This document shows positions 49,401 to 62,073 of a DNA stretch of 64,000 nt, in pieces. The position numbers and the translations under genes were made by a program. The notes beneath the pieces were generated by a model. It saw only the letters and a program-made list of their open reading frames with translations, was not told the DNA's origin and ran no database searches. This stretch comes from Saccostrea cucullata (Eukaryota). Numbering within the stretch: position 1 is the first letter of the stretch; each line of letters opens with the position of its first letter. The stretch spans positions 62,001 through 126,000 of the forward strand of contig NW_026926606.1 in the NCBI RefSeq assembly GCF_032062105.1, given 5' to 3'.

Positions 49401-52400
49401 AAAAAATTAAATTTAAGTCGAAGTATAAAGTGAATATATAGAAAATGGAAAAAAAAATGTTTTTAAAGTTTCAACGATTTCATTTGAAGATTCAATAAAC
49501 ACAAAAGACAAAGATTTTATGGCATGTCAAATGTTACAACATTCGATATTTTCCATTTGTATTGAATGATTTTTATTTGTATTGTATGATTTTTATTTGT
49601 ATTGTATGATTTTTTTGTATTGTATAATTTTCCGTTTGATTTTTATTGTATAATTTTTTTGCATTTTATGATTTTTATTTGTATAATTTTATTTGTTTTG
49701 TATAACTTTTCACTGAATTGTATGATTTTTCATTTGTATTGTATTTTTTTTTTTTTGATTTCTATATTAACATTTGTTTTGTTTGCAATTTTTTATTTGT
49801 ATTTTAAAATAAGACTTTTTTTTTACAATACATAATTAAAAATTATAGAATACAAAAGTGTTTCAATCAAGTTTTAGAATTCTGAGAATCTAAAATTAAT
49901 TGTTATTGTTATTTTAAATTTCTGAATTCTCAAACTTTAATGTAACAAATGAAAAATTTTACAACACAAATGGAAAATTATAGAATAGAAATAAAAATTA
50001 TACACTATAAATTAAAAAGATGCCATATGATTATTATGATGTTGCCTTGTTTGTAAATTTGTTTTTGTTTTTAATTTTTAGCTTTATAAAGTAATTATAT
50101 TAATAATTTACATGTATTAATAATTTTTATTGATTGTAATAGATTCAGGAAATCAATGACTACTATTTCACACTCTTTAAACAATGTGGAAAACGAACAA
50201 CATATAGAATAGCAAGAGGAAACAAACTAAGGATCACTCTCTTCTCTAACCATGACAGATTTACAGATAAAGGTTTTCAGCTAAGTCTGAAAGGTAAATA
50301 TCTTTTTGCTGGTAATTAAAGAAAATGTTTAACTTTTTTCTTCAGAAATTTAATGGAAATTATTCAATATTATCTGAAGCAAACCATTTAACATTTAATG
50401 TATAACTTCAGGTCAAATTTAAATAAAAATTGAAACGTTTGAACACTTCACTCATGTATACATCATTCATAAGACCGCAATGAATACGCTTCAGTTTTGC
50501 TGTCAACAGGGTGATAGTGATAAGTTAGAAAAACTTCAACTTTATGCAGCTAGAATTGTAACAGGGTTAACAACTATAGCTTCCAAAGATTCACTTTATT
50601 TTGAAACTATGGGAAAGTTGTAGAAGACAAGAAGCTAGATTAAAAACAATGTTCAAACTTCATAATAATTTAGTGCCAGAATACTTAATGGACATCCTTC
50701 CAAATATGCGCTGTAACACATCTATCTACTCGACAAGAAATTCTCAAAATTATGATATTCCAAAGTGTCGATTACAAACTTATAAGTCTACGTTTATTCC
50801 CACTGTAGTTAACGAATGGAACTCCATTCCACTTGAAACTCGAAATTTACAGTCAATGTCGAAATTCAAATCTAAAATTAGTAATAAAAAATTATTGATT
50901 TACTTTGATTACGGTAACAGAAGACTAAATGTTCTTCAAACCAGACTACGACATAATTGTGTATTAAATAACGACCTTTATAGATGCAATTTAATATCAA
51001 GTCCCTTGTGCACGTGCGGTAAAGTTGAGGACACATATCATTATTTTTTCGTATGTCCAAAGTATGTGAACGCCAGGAATGAATTTTTACATAATTTTTT
51101 ACAATTTGATACAATCCACATACTAGATACACAGTTTTATTATGGGGGGGGGTTGAATCACTGAGTGCTGCAGAGAATGAACATCTCTTTTCTTTAGTTC
51201 AAACATTTATTAAGCATTCTGGTAGATTTCCTTGTTAATTACTTTACCAATATTGATATATGAATTTATTTAACTTTTTTATATTCATACATATATGCAA
51301 AATGCATCATTTTGTTTACTTATGCAAATTCTGAATACTTTTTATAGCATGTTTAACTGTGACAATATAAATGTGTAATTTACATGTATAGGGAGATTTG
51401 TAAACTTGTGCTCAATCCCTTTGTAATTATATTACAATAAAATATGTTCAAATCAAACGTTTGAAATATTCACAACGATAAGTTTTCAAAAATGATTTGA
51501 AATTTTGAAAACAAACCATGCATAAAAGATTGATAAATATATCAATTATCATACCTTTTAATAAGGTAGACTTTTCACTTTATAAACATGAATGACTGAT
51601 CTAGATGGACATTATTTGAATGAATTCTTCCTACAAATAAATTGTTTTAGCTATAGGCGCCTGAACACTCAGTAATGAAAAGTTTCCTTGAAGTAATAAT
51701 AAAGAGTCATTGAAGTGAATTACAATATACAGTTCCGTTGATCTAGCTTGGACGTATTTGAAATGGTATAAAACTAGTGATAAATACACATGTAAATAAT
51801 ATTTTATATTTCGGCATCCTGGTGAACATATATTCCAATGTTTGAGATAAGCACACATTGATGGCCTATTAACTTCTTGATCACATAGATATTTGACGGA
51901 TCAATCGTGTAATATTTCTATTCGAACATTTGTCTCAAATGTAATTATAATTAATAAAACCAAGATCAAATGTTCACTCGGGAATGAATTTGGTTGTAAC
52001 GTGTTCAAAACTACTAAGAAAGGGCATCACAGGATTTAATCACGTACATGTAACCAAGCAAGTTAATTCCCAGTGACCTTAGAACCTTTTCTTTGCTTGG
52101 CTGATTTAAACTTTAAACAAACATGGCTTTCATGTTCATTATGTTAATTCAATGTTGGCGTCTTTACAGTTCTACATGAAAATTAACTTTTGTTTATATA
52201 TAACGGAATAAAAATAAAAAGATGTTTAATTTAATAACAGTATCAAAGATATCAACAAGTTTGTCAAAGTCGACAATAGGTTCATCATCGATGTCAAAGA
52301 CATCAATGGCAAAGGAGAAAACAACGACAATGAAAACGGAAGATCCTCAAAGACCAAACATTGGAAATAAAGAAATAATTCTTTCAACAAGAACAGCACC

Positions 52401-55400
52401 AATAACAGAAGTTACAGCAAGAAAGACAAGAAAAATAAAAATCTCAACTGTTTTCTCTAGTTGGAAAGCCACTAAATCAACGACGCCAAAAGTTATTGTG
52501 AGCGAAGTTCTGAGTTCTACGCCAGTTTTGTACACTTCATCGCCAATACCGCACTCAACAGCAACTACAGACGAAACCTCAAAAACGACACCTGTTAAAC
52601 GGGTTTTAATTAGTACTGGTAAGAGAGAAAGCATAACAATATAACTTACTGTAAAATTGCATATTTCGTGGGATCAAATTTTCGAGGTTAAAGGGAAAAT
52701 ATATTGGTTTGATGGGACTTCTCGTTTAGAGAATGTTTAGTACTATAAAATAATGAAATAAAAACAATGTGGTGAAAAGAACGAAAATTTACACTCCAGA
52801 GATTTCAAAGGGCTTATTCTTTATAAACATAATTATATCAAATATGTTAATTATGTGCACAACATATCTTTATTGTGAGGAACTTGACTGACTGACGAAG
52901 GTAGAGGTATTGAATATGAAATGAAATGGAAATACATTGATGAACATACTTATAAGCGCTACATTTTTTTCCCCAAATCTATAACAAGTACTTCATGCGA
53001 AGTCAAAACGATCAAAACTCTCATACATGTATATTTATAGAAAATACATATATAGAGAGAAAATAAACACAATGACTTACTAGTATTCAAGTTGCTCATG
53101 TTGAGGGACAAGGTAATTATTCACCTGATCCCACCTCTGATGTTTCGGAAGTCTGTGTTTGCTCTGCTCTTATTTTGTTTTGTATTATGGACTTTGAAAT
53201 TGAAAACTGTTCGTTATCTTCATATCCTTCTTTCATAGTTTTTGAAAGGAACATACAGCTACGCTACATTTACATGTATTCCTCTTATACACTGTATATT
53301 GTGGTCGTCACAATTTTTGTCGTCGGCTGAAAAATTTAATCATACGCCTACTGCCGCCGAAGACATATGTGCCTATCTTCACTATAGATATTGGTGCCCT
53401 ACATTTATTGGTTGCTGAAGAATGTTTCTGCATGTGTATGTTTGAATAATTTATCGCCGCCAATCACAAAATGAACCAATATAAAAGGCAAACATTGTCG
53501 CCCATTCCACAGGGAGAAAAAGGTCCATCTCGGCACATATTGTTGTCTATTCCGATATTTCTGGTGGATGGCAATATGAAATGTGACGTTAGGTATAAAT
53601 TGTTGCCACCAAAGGTATATATACAAAACAAAATGAACCGGTACAAATTGCTAGTAACACCACCATTGTAAAACTGGAAGTACTACAGGGTCATTGAAAC
53701 TTGAACTACACTTAGCAAAACTTACACTAAGTTCCTTTGTGCTCTCAACATATTCATGTATATAGACCTGAAGTACTACAATTTTTCATTAAGTCGATAT
53801 AAGTGGCTACTTCCCTTGTATGTTTACACACCAAATATACACGATGTTTCATTTGAATTGAATCCCCATGAGTACCAATTGCGCACAGTTATTGCCAGAC
53901 CTATTTTTTTGTATTCATATCAAGGAGAATTTGTTTCGAAACTTAATACTTGAAAAGAAAAAAAAAGATTTAACGCATTTTCCTTCAACTTGACATTTAG
54001 GTCTATCAACGAACATATTGTCAATTAACAATGGTAATTTCCATTCTTATGTCAATGTGATATATCCCGGTGAGCTTGAGATAAAAGATACCAAAGTCTT
54101 ACACATCTGTTTCATATTGTGGATATTTTACTAGAAAAACAACTCTGATGTTTTGGAGGTCCAGGTTAGCTTTCTTCCTATTTTGTATTGTTTAATGGAC
54201 TTTTGAGCTAAAATACTATTCGTCATATCAATGTACAGTAAAACTCGGTTATAGCGAAGTCCGTGGGACTTGTAAATTTAATTTGTTATATCCGTTATTT
54301 GTCATTCGTATAACGAATTCGTATAAATATATACAGCGAATTCGCAATATGTTTTCCTTTCAATATTATCATATAGAATAGCAATAATTACAAAACATGC
54401 ATTGAATAACTAAGGTCTTTTTATGAATTAGTTTTTATATTCATATATTTGATCAAAATAAAGTCAGTTCAATTTATCAAATTTTGAGATCTATGAAAAT
54501 TCATTATAAAAGGCGTAAATTTCATTACATTTAACCTCTACGGGACTTAATATCAGTTTGCTATATCCGTAAATTCTTTATATATCAGAGTTCTTTATAA
54601 CCGTAAAATTTTATAGGGATTTGTTAAAAATTTTACCGTAGATTTCGCTATATCCGTGTATTCGTTATACATGTAACCGTGTTCGTACTAAACGAGTTTT
54701 ACTGTAGTGTCTATATCGTTGATTAAATACGCAAGAACATGCCATACATATAAACGGTTTCTAAAAGGGGGTAAATTATTGACAAAGGAGTTGATGAAAC
54801 ACGAATTTCAAGAATAGTTGTCTAGTTTAAAAACATCATGCTTTATGGTCGATACACTTTCATTTTATTCAGAAAATGCAATCTTTCCTTCAGTAAAATC
54901 ATTTATGTATTGTTATGCTTATAGGCAAACTCACCGCAGCTTGTTTTTGCTAATTTTGTATAAGTCAAATAAAACACTTTCATAGAGATGAATAATGTCA
55001 TTTATTAAAATGAAGGTATAAATGTGAACAATTTAACAAACAAGAAGGGGATCAGATTCACAAGCTTTGATTAGCAGTTACGTAAAATATGATAATGTCT
55101 GACCCCCCAAAACTGACTAGAAAAAAGTATCTGTAAGACACTTGACAATCAAAACATCATATGAAAAAATGAGCAAAAAGATGGCACATGTATCAAAACA
55201 AAATAGGCCAAGACAAGACAATCAAAACATCATATGAAAAAGTTAGCAAAAAGATGGCACATCAAAACAAAATAGGCCAAGGATAGTAGTGAAACAAAAT
55301 ACATGTACATAACAAAATTTATATATAAACAAATTAAATCAGAACCAATCAAATATATGATTTTACATGACACATTAATACCCATTTTAAGGGGTAGGAA

Positions 55401-58400
55401 TGCAGGGGTGGAGGAGGGTCTTCAAAATAGACGTGCCCGATGTTAGCGTGGTCAGCAATGCGGGTTATCACAATACAACTGAATGACTCGCTGAGCTGAC
55501 CACGTGACCTTACACCTATTATATGTAATCTATCAACCAAGGCGTGGATCTAAGAATTTTCACAATCTACCAAAATTAATCCTACCGGAAACCTCCAACT
55601 AAGTTATCGCATTCAATACATAAATACAATTATTATTCCAAAAATCGTTGTTTTATGTGTTCTTATGCTTATAGGCAAGCTCACCGCAGCTTGTTTTTGC
55701 TAATTTTGTATAAGTCAAATAAAACACTTTCATAGAGATGAATAATGTCATTTATTTAAATGACGGTTTAAATGTAAACAATTTGGGGTTTTTCATACTA
55801 ATTGTTAGGCAATTAATTACACACTGCATTGCCGACGGATTTGTTTTCGTAATTTCATGATCAAGACTTAAAGCACTTGGCGGGTGTGACAGGTCGGCAG
55901 GGGAGTCTCACTCCTCCATAGCACCTGATCAATACTCTGATGTTTTAAAGGTCCTGTTTGCTTTGCTCCTGATTTGTATTGTTTGAAGTTTGAATTGACC
56001 TTTGAGCTCGAATTCTGTTCATTATCTCCATATATTTCATTTGTTATCACTATCCATCAATAAACACTTAATTTTACATCACATTCGCAAACTATTTCAC
56101 TATTTACCAATGAAGCTTACATGGGTTATTTAAGAAGCTAAATACTCCCAGTACTTGGATTTTTCAATATCAGATTACAAACTAGTTTTTGTGGCCATAG
56201 ATATTGCCTAAAGACTCTTAAATTAAACTGGAAGTAGACGTAAAAGAAAAAAAATATTCCTAATTAACCATGTTGAAGGTGAAGACGCCACAAGAATTAG
56301 CTACATTCTAATTTTAATTAGCTAATCAAAAAAATTATTCAAATTTGTTTTCCATTGTACTTTGGATATTGAATTTGAAATACTCATTAAATAATTAAAA
56401 GGCTAGATTCCAACTATTTAACCTCCCTACATTTTGTCTGACCATTTGTTAGGTGTTTGCTTTTATACTAAATTGACTACATGAACGATACTGAGTTGAT
56501 GGCGGATGGGACCGTCAACAGGGAAAGCTTACTCCTTCTAGGTACCCAATTCCTTCTCTGATAATAACTGGGGTCCGCGTTTTATTCCTGTTCATGATTT
56601 GTCTTCTACACCGGATTTATGATCGATCACTGTTCCTTACATTTATTTCAAATTTTCAATTTTTGCTTTCAATTAAATATTTTTATTTATATAAAAACAA
56701 CAAGATCCATGATTCTACCCACAAATGACCAAAGTACTAGAAGCTTTACTTACAGTTTTGAAACATTTTATAGTGAAAGAATTGGAACGATTTTTTTTAA
56801 AATTGTGAATATAAGAAAATAAATAAAGATTACATTGAAAATGAACAAAGGCTTTCTAGTGTTATTGGCTGCTCTTATAGACTTACAAAATACAAATTCT
56901 TCGAAAAAACCAACATCATCAAGTACAAAATTGAACGACGAGTCAGCGGGAACCACACAGTCGTCAAACGAATTACTTTAAAACAACGAAATAATAAATT
57001 GATAAATTAATATTTGACTACAAAGAACCTATAAATTGTTATTAGAAAGTTAATTGCCTTCCTAGCCATTTTCGTTCCTTAAAGTTTTTCAAGTATAATT
57101 TTGAGTTCTTCAATACTTGACTGTCGGTAAAAATCTAAAAAGTACTTTGAACGTTAAATATGCCATTTTCATTTTTTATTATATATTACTTTATCAATAC
57201 ACCGGTATACTTAACATTAATAAATCATGTTAAAATAAGAACGATTTTTACAAGCTTTAATTTTATATATAAAAGTTGCGAAGACATTCTTTCAATACTT
57301 ATTTGCTCTCACAGACTCCAAAAATACTAGTACGATGTCTCAAGATAAGCCGCAGTCATCAAACACAGAGCCAAATGCTGAAATATCAACTCAATTTATA
57401 CCGATGTCGAAAGGGTCTTCTCACAATCAAGATTTGGGTTTGAGAATACATTCCTTGATTAAAAAGCATCCTGAAATTGTTTTTAAAGTTTTTAAATTTC
57501 CATCTCACATTATTCCTCCTGGTTTGTGGTTAATAGATAAATATTCAAGTAATATATAAACATTGTCTTTAAGGTCAGGATTATTATTATTGGTAAACTT
57601 AATTCAATTTATAATTAAACATTAAAACCCATCCAATAAAAAGGGCGATTCTAATAAGTTTTAGTTCTAAACTAAAATTTAGCAAGAATATCTCTATATT
57701 ATTGGCTGCTCTTGTAGGCTCCTTGCAAAGTGCAACATCACCATCAATATCATCAAGCATAAAGCTGAGCACTGAAACAACAACTACTGAATCTATACTG
57801 ATGTCCACTGCTGAATCTATACCGATGTCCACTACTGAATCTATGCCAATGTCCTCTACTGAATCTATACCGATGTCCACTACTGAATCTATACCAATTG
57901 GTTTGAAAATTAATTAGTTGACTCTGAAGCATCCTTGAATTATCGAGTGTTAAGATAATTACATTTTCCATTCTATTCTACTTTTTATTTCATATAAAAA
58001 CTTTCAATTTTAATTTTTTGTAAATTAAAATTTATTTCTGAAAATTACTTTGAATTTAGGAATGGAAAAAATCCTTCTTTTTTTTGCCGATGCTTATGAA
58101 TATGTATTATTGTGAATCTTTCTGAATTATACAAATTCACGATTGTAATTCATCGCTATAATCGTCTTCAGAGATTCTGATGATGGGAATTGGAGTGGTG
58201 GAGGTTACGATAATAATTGTGGGTATCCTAGCGGTCAAGCGATTTAGAGAGCAGAGGTAAGAAACACATTAATATAAATAATATTTTTCTCTTATTTCAG
58301 TGACTGTTATTTTCAAAGGTGCAATTACAACAACTTTTCCTTGTTAATACGTACATATAAACATATGAAAAAGACACATTCAAAAATAAAAACGCAAAGG

Positions 58401-58763
58401 ATGTCTGTTCTTTCAAAAGCATTTTAACATTTTTTTTACTTTTATAGAAAGAGCTCGATGAAGAGAACCTCAAAAGAAGCCAATGATCGTAGACCTGTCT
58501 CCAGAAAAACCATTTTCGGTATTGATAATGTATATGACACCATTCCATTTGACGAGAGCGATGAAAACCCATATAAAGATCTCTCTGACGGGGTTTACGA
58601 TACAACCTCAAAAAGACGATCTCATGTCAATAGGCAAAGGAGTAATTATTCCAGGGGAAGTTTCTTTTTACATTTGTTTCATAAATCAAACCATAATGAA
58701 AGAAAGTCAATAGAAGAAAACATTCCATTGCCTTTGAGGAAGGAAACGATTGAAAAGGTTTGA
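46453..58763 (+). CDS. CUB-domain / mucin-stalk type I membrane receptor with a tyrosine-motif (ITAM-like) cytoplasmic tail
   Basis: Exons: 46453-46504 (signal peptide MFITNLFYLAVFATKCL); 48596-48813 and 50143-50293 (CUB: IKSPGYPEKNY...YIWMVTAP...PCDDYLQ / CGK...LRITLFS...KGFQLS); 52241-52618, 57315-57437, 57718-57900 (Ser/Thr-rich stalk); 58172-58256 (TM ILMMGIGVVEVTIIIVGILAV-KRFR); 58448-58763 (tail). All junction phases are compatible. The stalk exon set is the least certain part. Confidence 0.8.
46991..48494. mobile_element. Harbinger-like non-autonomous TIR element with a nested fold-back element
   Basis: AGGGGACAACCATTTGAT ... ATCAAATGGTCGTCCCT with TAA flanks; subterminal AAATAAATAATCTGTC repeats; nested palindrome 47418-47523. 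Confidence 0.7.
49080..49240. repeat. Fold-back palindrome (Crypton-like)
   Basis: CATTGGGATATGACATGAAGTCG..ACGTGATCAAAT / ATTTGATCACGT..CGACTTCATGTCATACCCCAATG. Confidence 0.65.
50440..51455 (+). mobile_element. 5'-truncated CR1/L2-group LINE remnant (ORF2 C-terminus)
   Basis: LEKLQLYAARIVTG (frameshift) RLKTMFKLHNNLVPEYL...FIPTVVNEWNSIP...RLRH...LNNDLYR..SSPLCTCGKVEDTYHYFFVCPKY; ends at AATAAAATATGTTCAAATCAAA. Confidence 0.8.
54000..54890 (+). mobile_element. Degenerate Penelope-like RT remnant interrupted by a MITE
   Basis: 54050-54140 and 54707-54860 resemble 45320-45700. Confidence 0.5.
54234..54706. mobile_element. Tc1/pogo-type MITE
   Basis: TA-CAGTAAAACTCG ... CGAGTTTTACTG-TA. Confidence 0.8.
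55144..55282 (+). repeat. ~70-bp tandem duplication
   Basis: GACAATCAAAACATCATATGAAAA...CAAAACAAAATAGGCCAAG occurs twice. Confidence 0.8.
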
Positions 58764-59229
58764 ATTGGAGACACCTGATTAGGCGTAAAAAGAAAATATA
58801 AACATGAGTTAAAACAAGGAAAGCGTGTATAATATGCGTATCAATAATGCACGATTAAAACAGAACTTTGGAAATCCACCTTAATTTTTACACGTTTTTA
58901 GGCTTTAAACAACCCTGCAATTGTTTTAGACTACTATGTAAATAGTTACTTGGTGATATTCATGTTTTGATATATGTATTTCAACATGATTTACTTATAC
59001 ATCCTTATGTTATATTGCTTATCTTAAAACTAGCGATTTCCCACAGTCATTTGCACAAGAAGTCGGATTTTGTTTTTCTGGGAGCTCCCTATTAGTAATG
59101 TAGATTATTATATTAGTAAGTTTTTTAAGATTCTTCATCAATAATTAACAATATTAAAAAATAATAAATTTGTTATAAGATATAAAAATTAATAAAGCTA
59201 CCGGTCTAAGATGTAATGGGTTTTAATAT

Positions 59230-59378
59230 ACATTTATTGACTGAGTTCGAGGGCAACATGCGTTTTGTCGGACCCAAGAACCAAACTGTCTGCCTGAGGC
59301 CGTTAGGCCGAAGGCAGACAGTTTGGTTCGAGGGTTCGACAAAACGCATTTTGCCCGAGAACTCTGTCAATAAATGTT
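59230..59378. repeat. Fold-back palindrome (Crypton-like element end)
   Basis: ACATTTATTGAC..AACCAAACTGTCTGCCT / AGGCAGACAGTTTGGTTC..GTCAATAAATGT; explains the two mirror-image ORFs here. Confidence 0.75.
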
Positions 59379-62073
59379 TTGTTATACCTTTCATTTTATT
59401 TTATTTTATATATATATATATATATTTACACGTATTTTGTACTTAATTCCGTGATGTAACATCAGATCTATCACTGTTTAACACCAGCGAATGAAAATGA
59501 GATTAAGCTCCGCCCACTCTGTGGCGTAAGCGGTCCAACATCTCTCCGAGCGGTCCAACATCGATTTTTTTATGCCGCTCAGCAAAACATTAAAAATGTT
59601 AGACGTTTTTTTGTATAGAATTGTATAGGAACAAATTTCTAAAGGTATAACAATCATACAATATTGACCTATTCCATAATGCATATCAATTATATTTGCA
59701 TGTGAAAATGTAATATTGAAAAAATTCTAACCAAAAAACAAATTAATTTATAGCTTAACTTGTTTTTTTTTCTACCATACAAGCTTGTTTAGTTTTTGTT
59801 TGTTTGCTTTATGACTGAAAAATCCGTGGACAGCAAAATATATAGACGAGATATATAAACACGGTATGGATGTTGAAAAAATTATTTCTGAGCATAATTT
59901 CTCCATTGTTAAATTTTTAATTATATGAATGACGACGTACAAAATGAAATTTAATATTATACATTCAATTTTCATGATATCACTTATTAGTTTTTGGTTC
60001 TCGCTATTTCTTTCCAGTGAAGCAGCCACATGGTTGTTATATATATTTTTTAAATATTTAATGACCAGCAATGCTTCCCGAATTTGTACTTTAATTATAT
60101 TTGTGTCCAAATATCAGCTATCTGCTACTTATGGAACAAAAGTTACACTGCATTTAATAACAGACCGTTACATGCTTGTTGATTACATTTGGATAGCGCA
60201 AACTCATTCTAGAATGTAAGCTAAAGAGGATTCTCTAAAAATAAATTTTCAAAAAATATGACAAAAACATGCCACAACTTATTATTTTTCTTACAATTGT
60301 CATTCATTGTTGCCAATATAGTAATATTCTTTTTTTCTCCTGTACTTTTTAAAGAAATGAACTAAAATAGAATTCTTGGGAATTTTGTACTTCCAACATA
60401 TTCTTATAGAAAAAAAAAATCCAAAAAAAGTAAGTGAATGTCTGACCGTTCAAATAAAATTTAAAATATTGTTCAACTGTACACACGTGATTTTGTTTTC
60501 AAGCAAATCTTAATGCATAAAATTTCATAATGACATTTTAAACAGAAGATGGAAAGTATATACAAATAAGTGTAGAATGTATGTGAGAATGAATATTAAT
60601 CAGCTTTGGCAGCAAATAATTCATAAATAATTTCACTGAGATTACCTCTTGTACGAAAAAAAATGTGACAAATTTCAAAGCAAGTTTTCAAGTATGTAGC
60701 ATTACATACAATGTGTGTATTGCGATATATAAATTTTATTTAAATGTAATAATTCATCGAAACAATTCTAAAATAACTTGACATTGAATGTTTTTATTAA
60801 TATTATAAAAAATATTTATACCGAAAAGTGTGAGTTTTGTTTCCTATGCCCTGTTTAAGGCTACAGGAGATGTCACGTGTAAGTATTACAATTTTAACAA
60901 CGCCTGGTGGTTTATATTACAAATGTGTACGGAATAATAAGGAAATAAAGTCCGTGTAACACTGAATAATTTAAATTTCCTAAAATGTTTACAGTTTAAG
61001 AATTTGAATACCTCAGTCCAATTTTCCTTATTTCAAAAACTTTCGTATGTAAAAATATTATCTATTAGTTCAAAATTTAATTTTAAAATTTACAAACAAA
61101 TACGTTTTTAAGGGATCTGGATACAGTTGCTATGTTTAGATGAAAAAAAATCTTTCTTTCTCTTTTCAGAAAATAACATCAGTTTAATTATTTGCATTAA
61201 ACATGTCAAATGAAAAGTCTCAGAATTAATTGGCAATGGCATTCTTCATAATATCACAGCTCGCTCTATGTTTGGAAGGGCGTACGTATGTCCCTGGCCG
61301 CTATCTAAAGCTTCAATAAATATTTTTGTATTTGAAACATTTGCTAGACACTAATGACCAGAATGAAAATAGCGCCAGTAATAGAACATTTTTGGATTCT
61401 CAGACACGTGACATCGAACTACGGACAGCGGACTGCAAACAATAGGCGACTTTCGGAGAACGTATAGAAATATGTTTTATTCAGCATGTTTACCGTACAG
61501 AAATTATTTTTAGTCTAAGCGATTTAACCTAATTTTCAAAGTTTTAAAATGAAAGTCCACCCATATTTATTTTTTGACATGCAACAGTAAACAAAACAAT
61601 ACAGAAAAATCAATATAGTGCAAAAATTTCCAAGGTCCATGTTTTTGCACTATTAATTTATCATATTTATATATTATATAATTATATTAATTATAAATAT
61701 TTATTGTTTTACCACTGTTTACATACTCCCAAAATGGTTACAGATCTTGCATGTAGAAAACATGTACCTTATTTCTTTCTCTAATCTAGAATTTAGATAT
61801 TAAGTTTCTAATTTTTTCTCTTCACATTTAATTTAATGGTATGTAGTGTAATAGAAGTACCTACAACAAAACCCACTCACATTTGGTGTATATGGATAGG
61901 CTCGATTTCAAAAATCAAAACCAATTTCTGTACTTTGATCTATTATCAAACCCCTCCTATATAATTATAAAAAGGGTCACAGCACTCATTCGTATGTATA
62001 TCATTTCAATTCGTGTTTTGAACAAGGACATGGTAAAAGATATACATATGGTGAAATCCTATTAGAGAAGAAC

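Noticed and set aside
49560-50020. Hydrophobic ORF 49602-49835
   Set aside because: Low-complexity TTTTTATTTGTATTGTATGA repeat, with an inverted counterpart near 49950-50015; likely TE-derived.
59206-59446. Two similar ORFs on opposite strands
   Set aside because: An artefact of a DNA palindrome.
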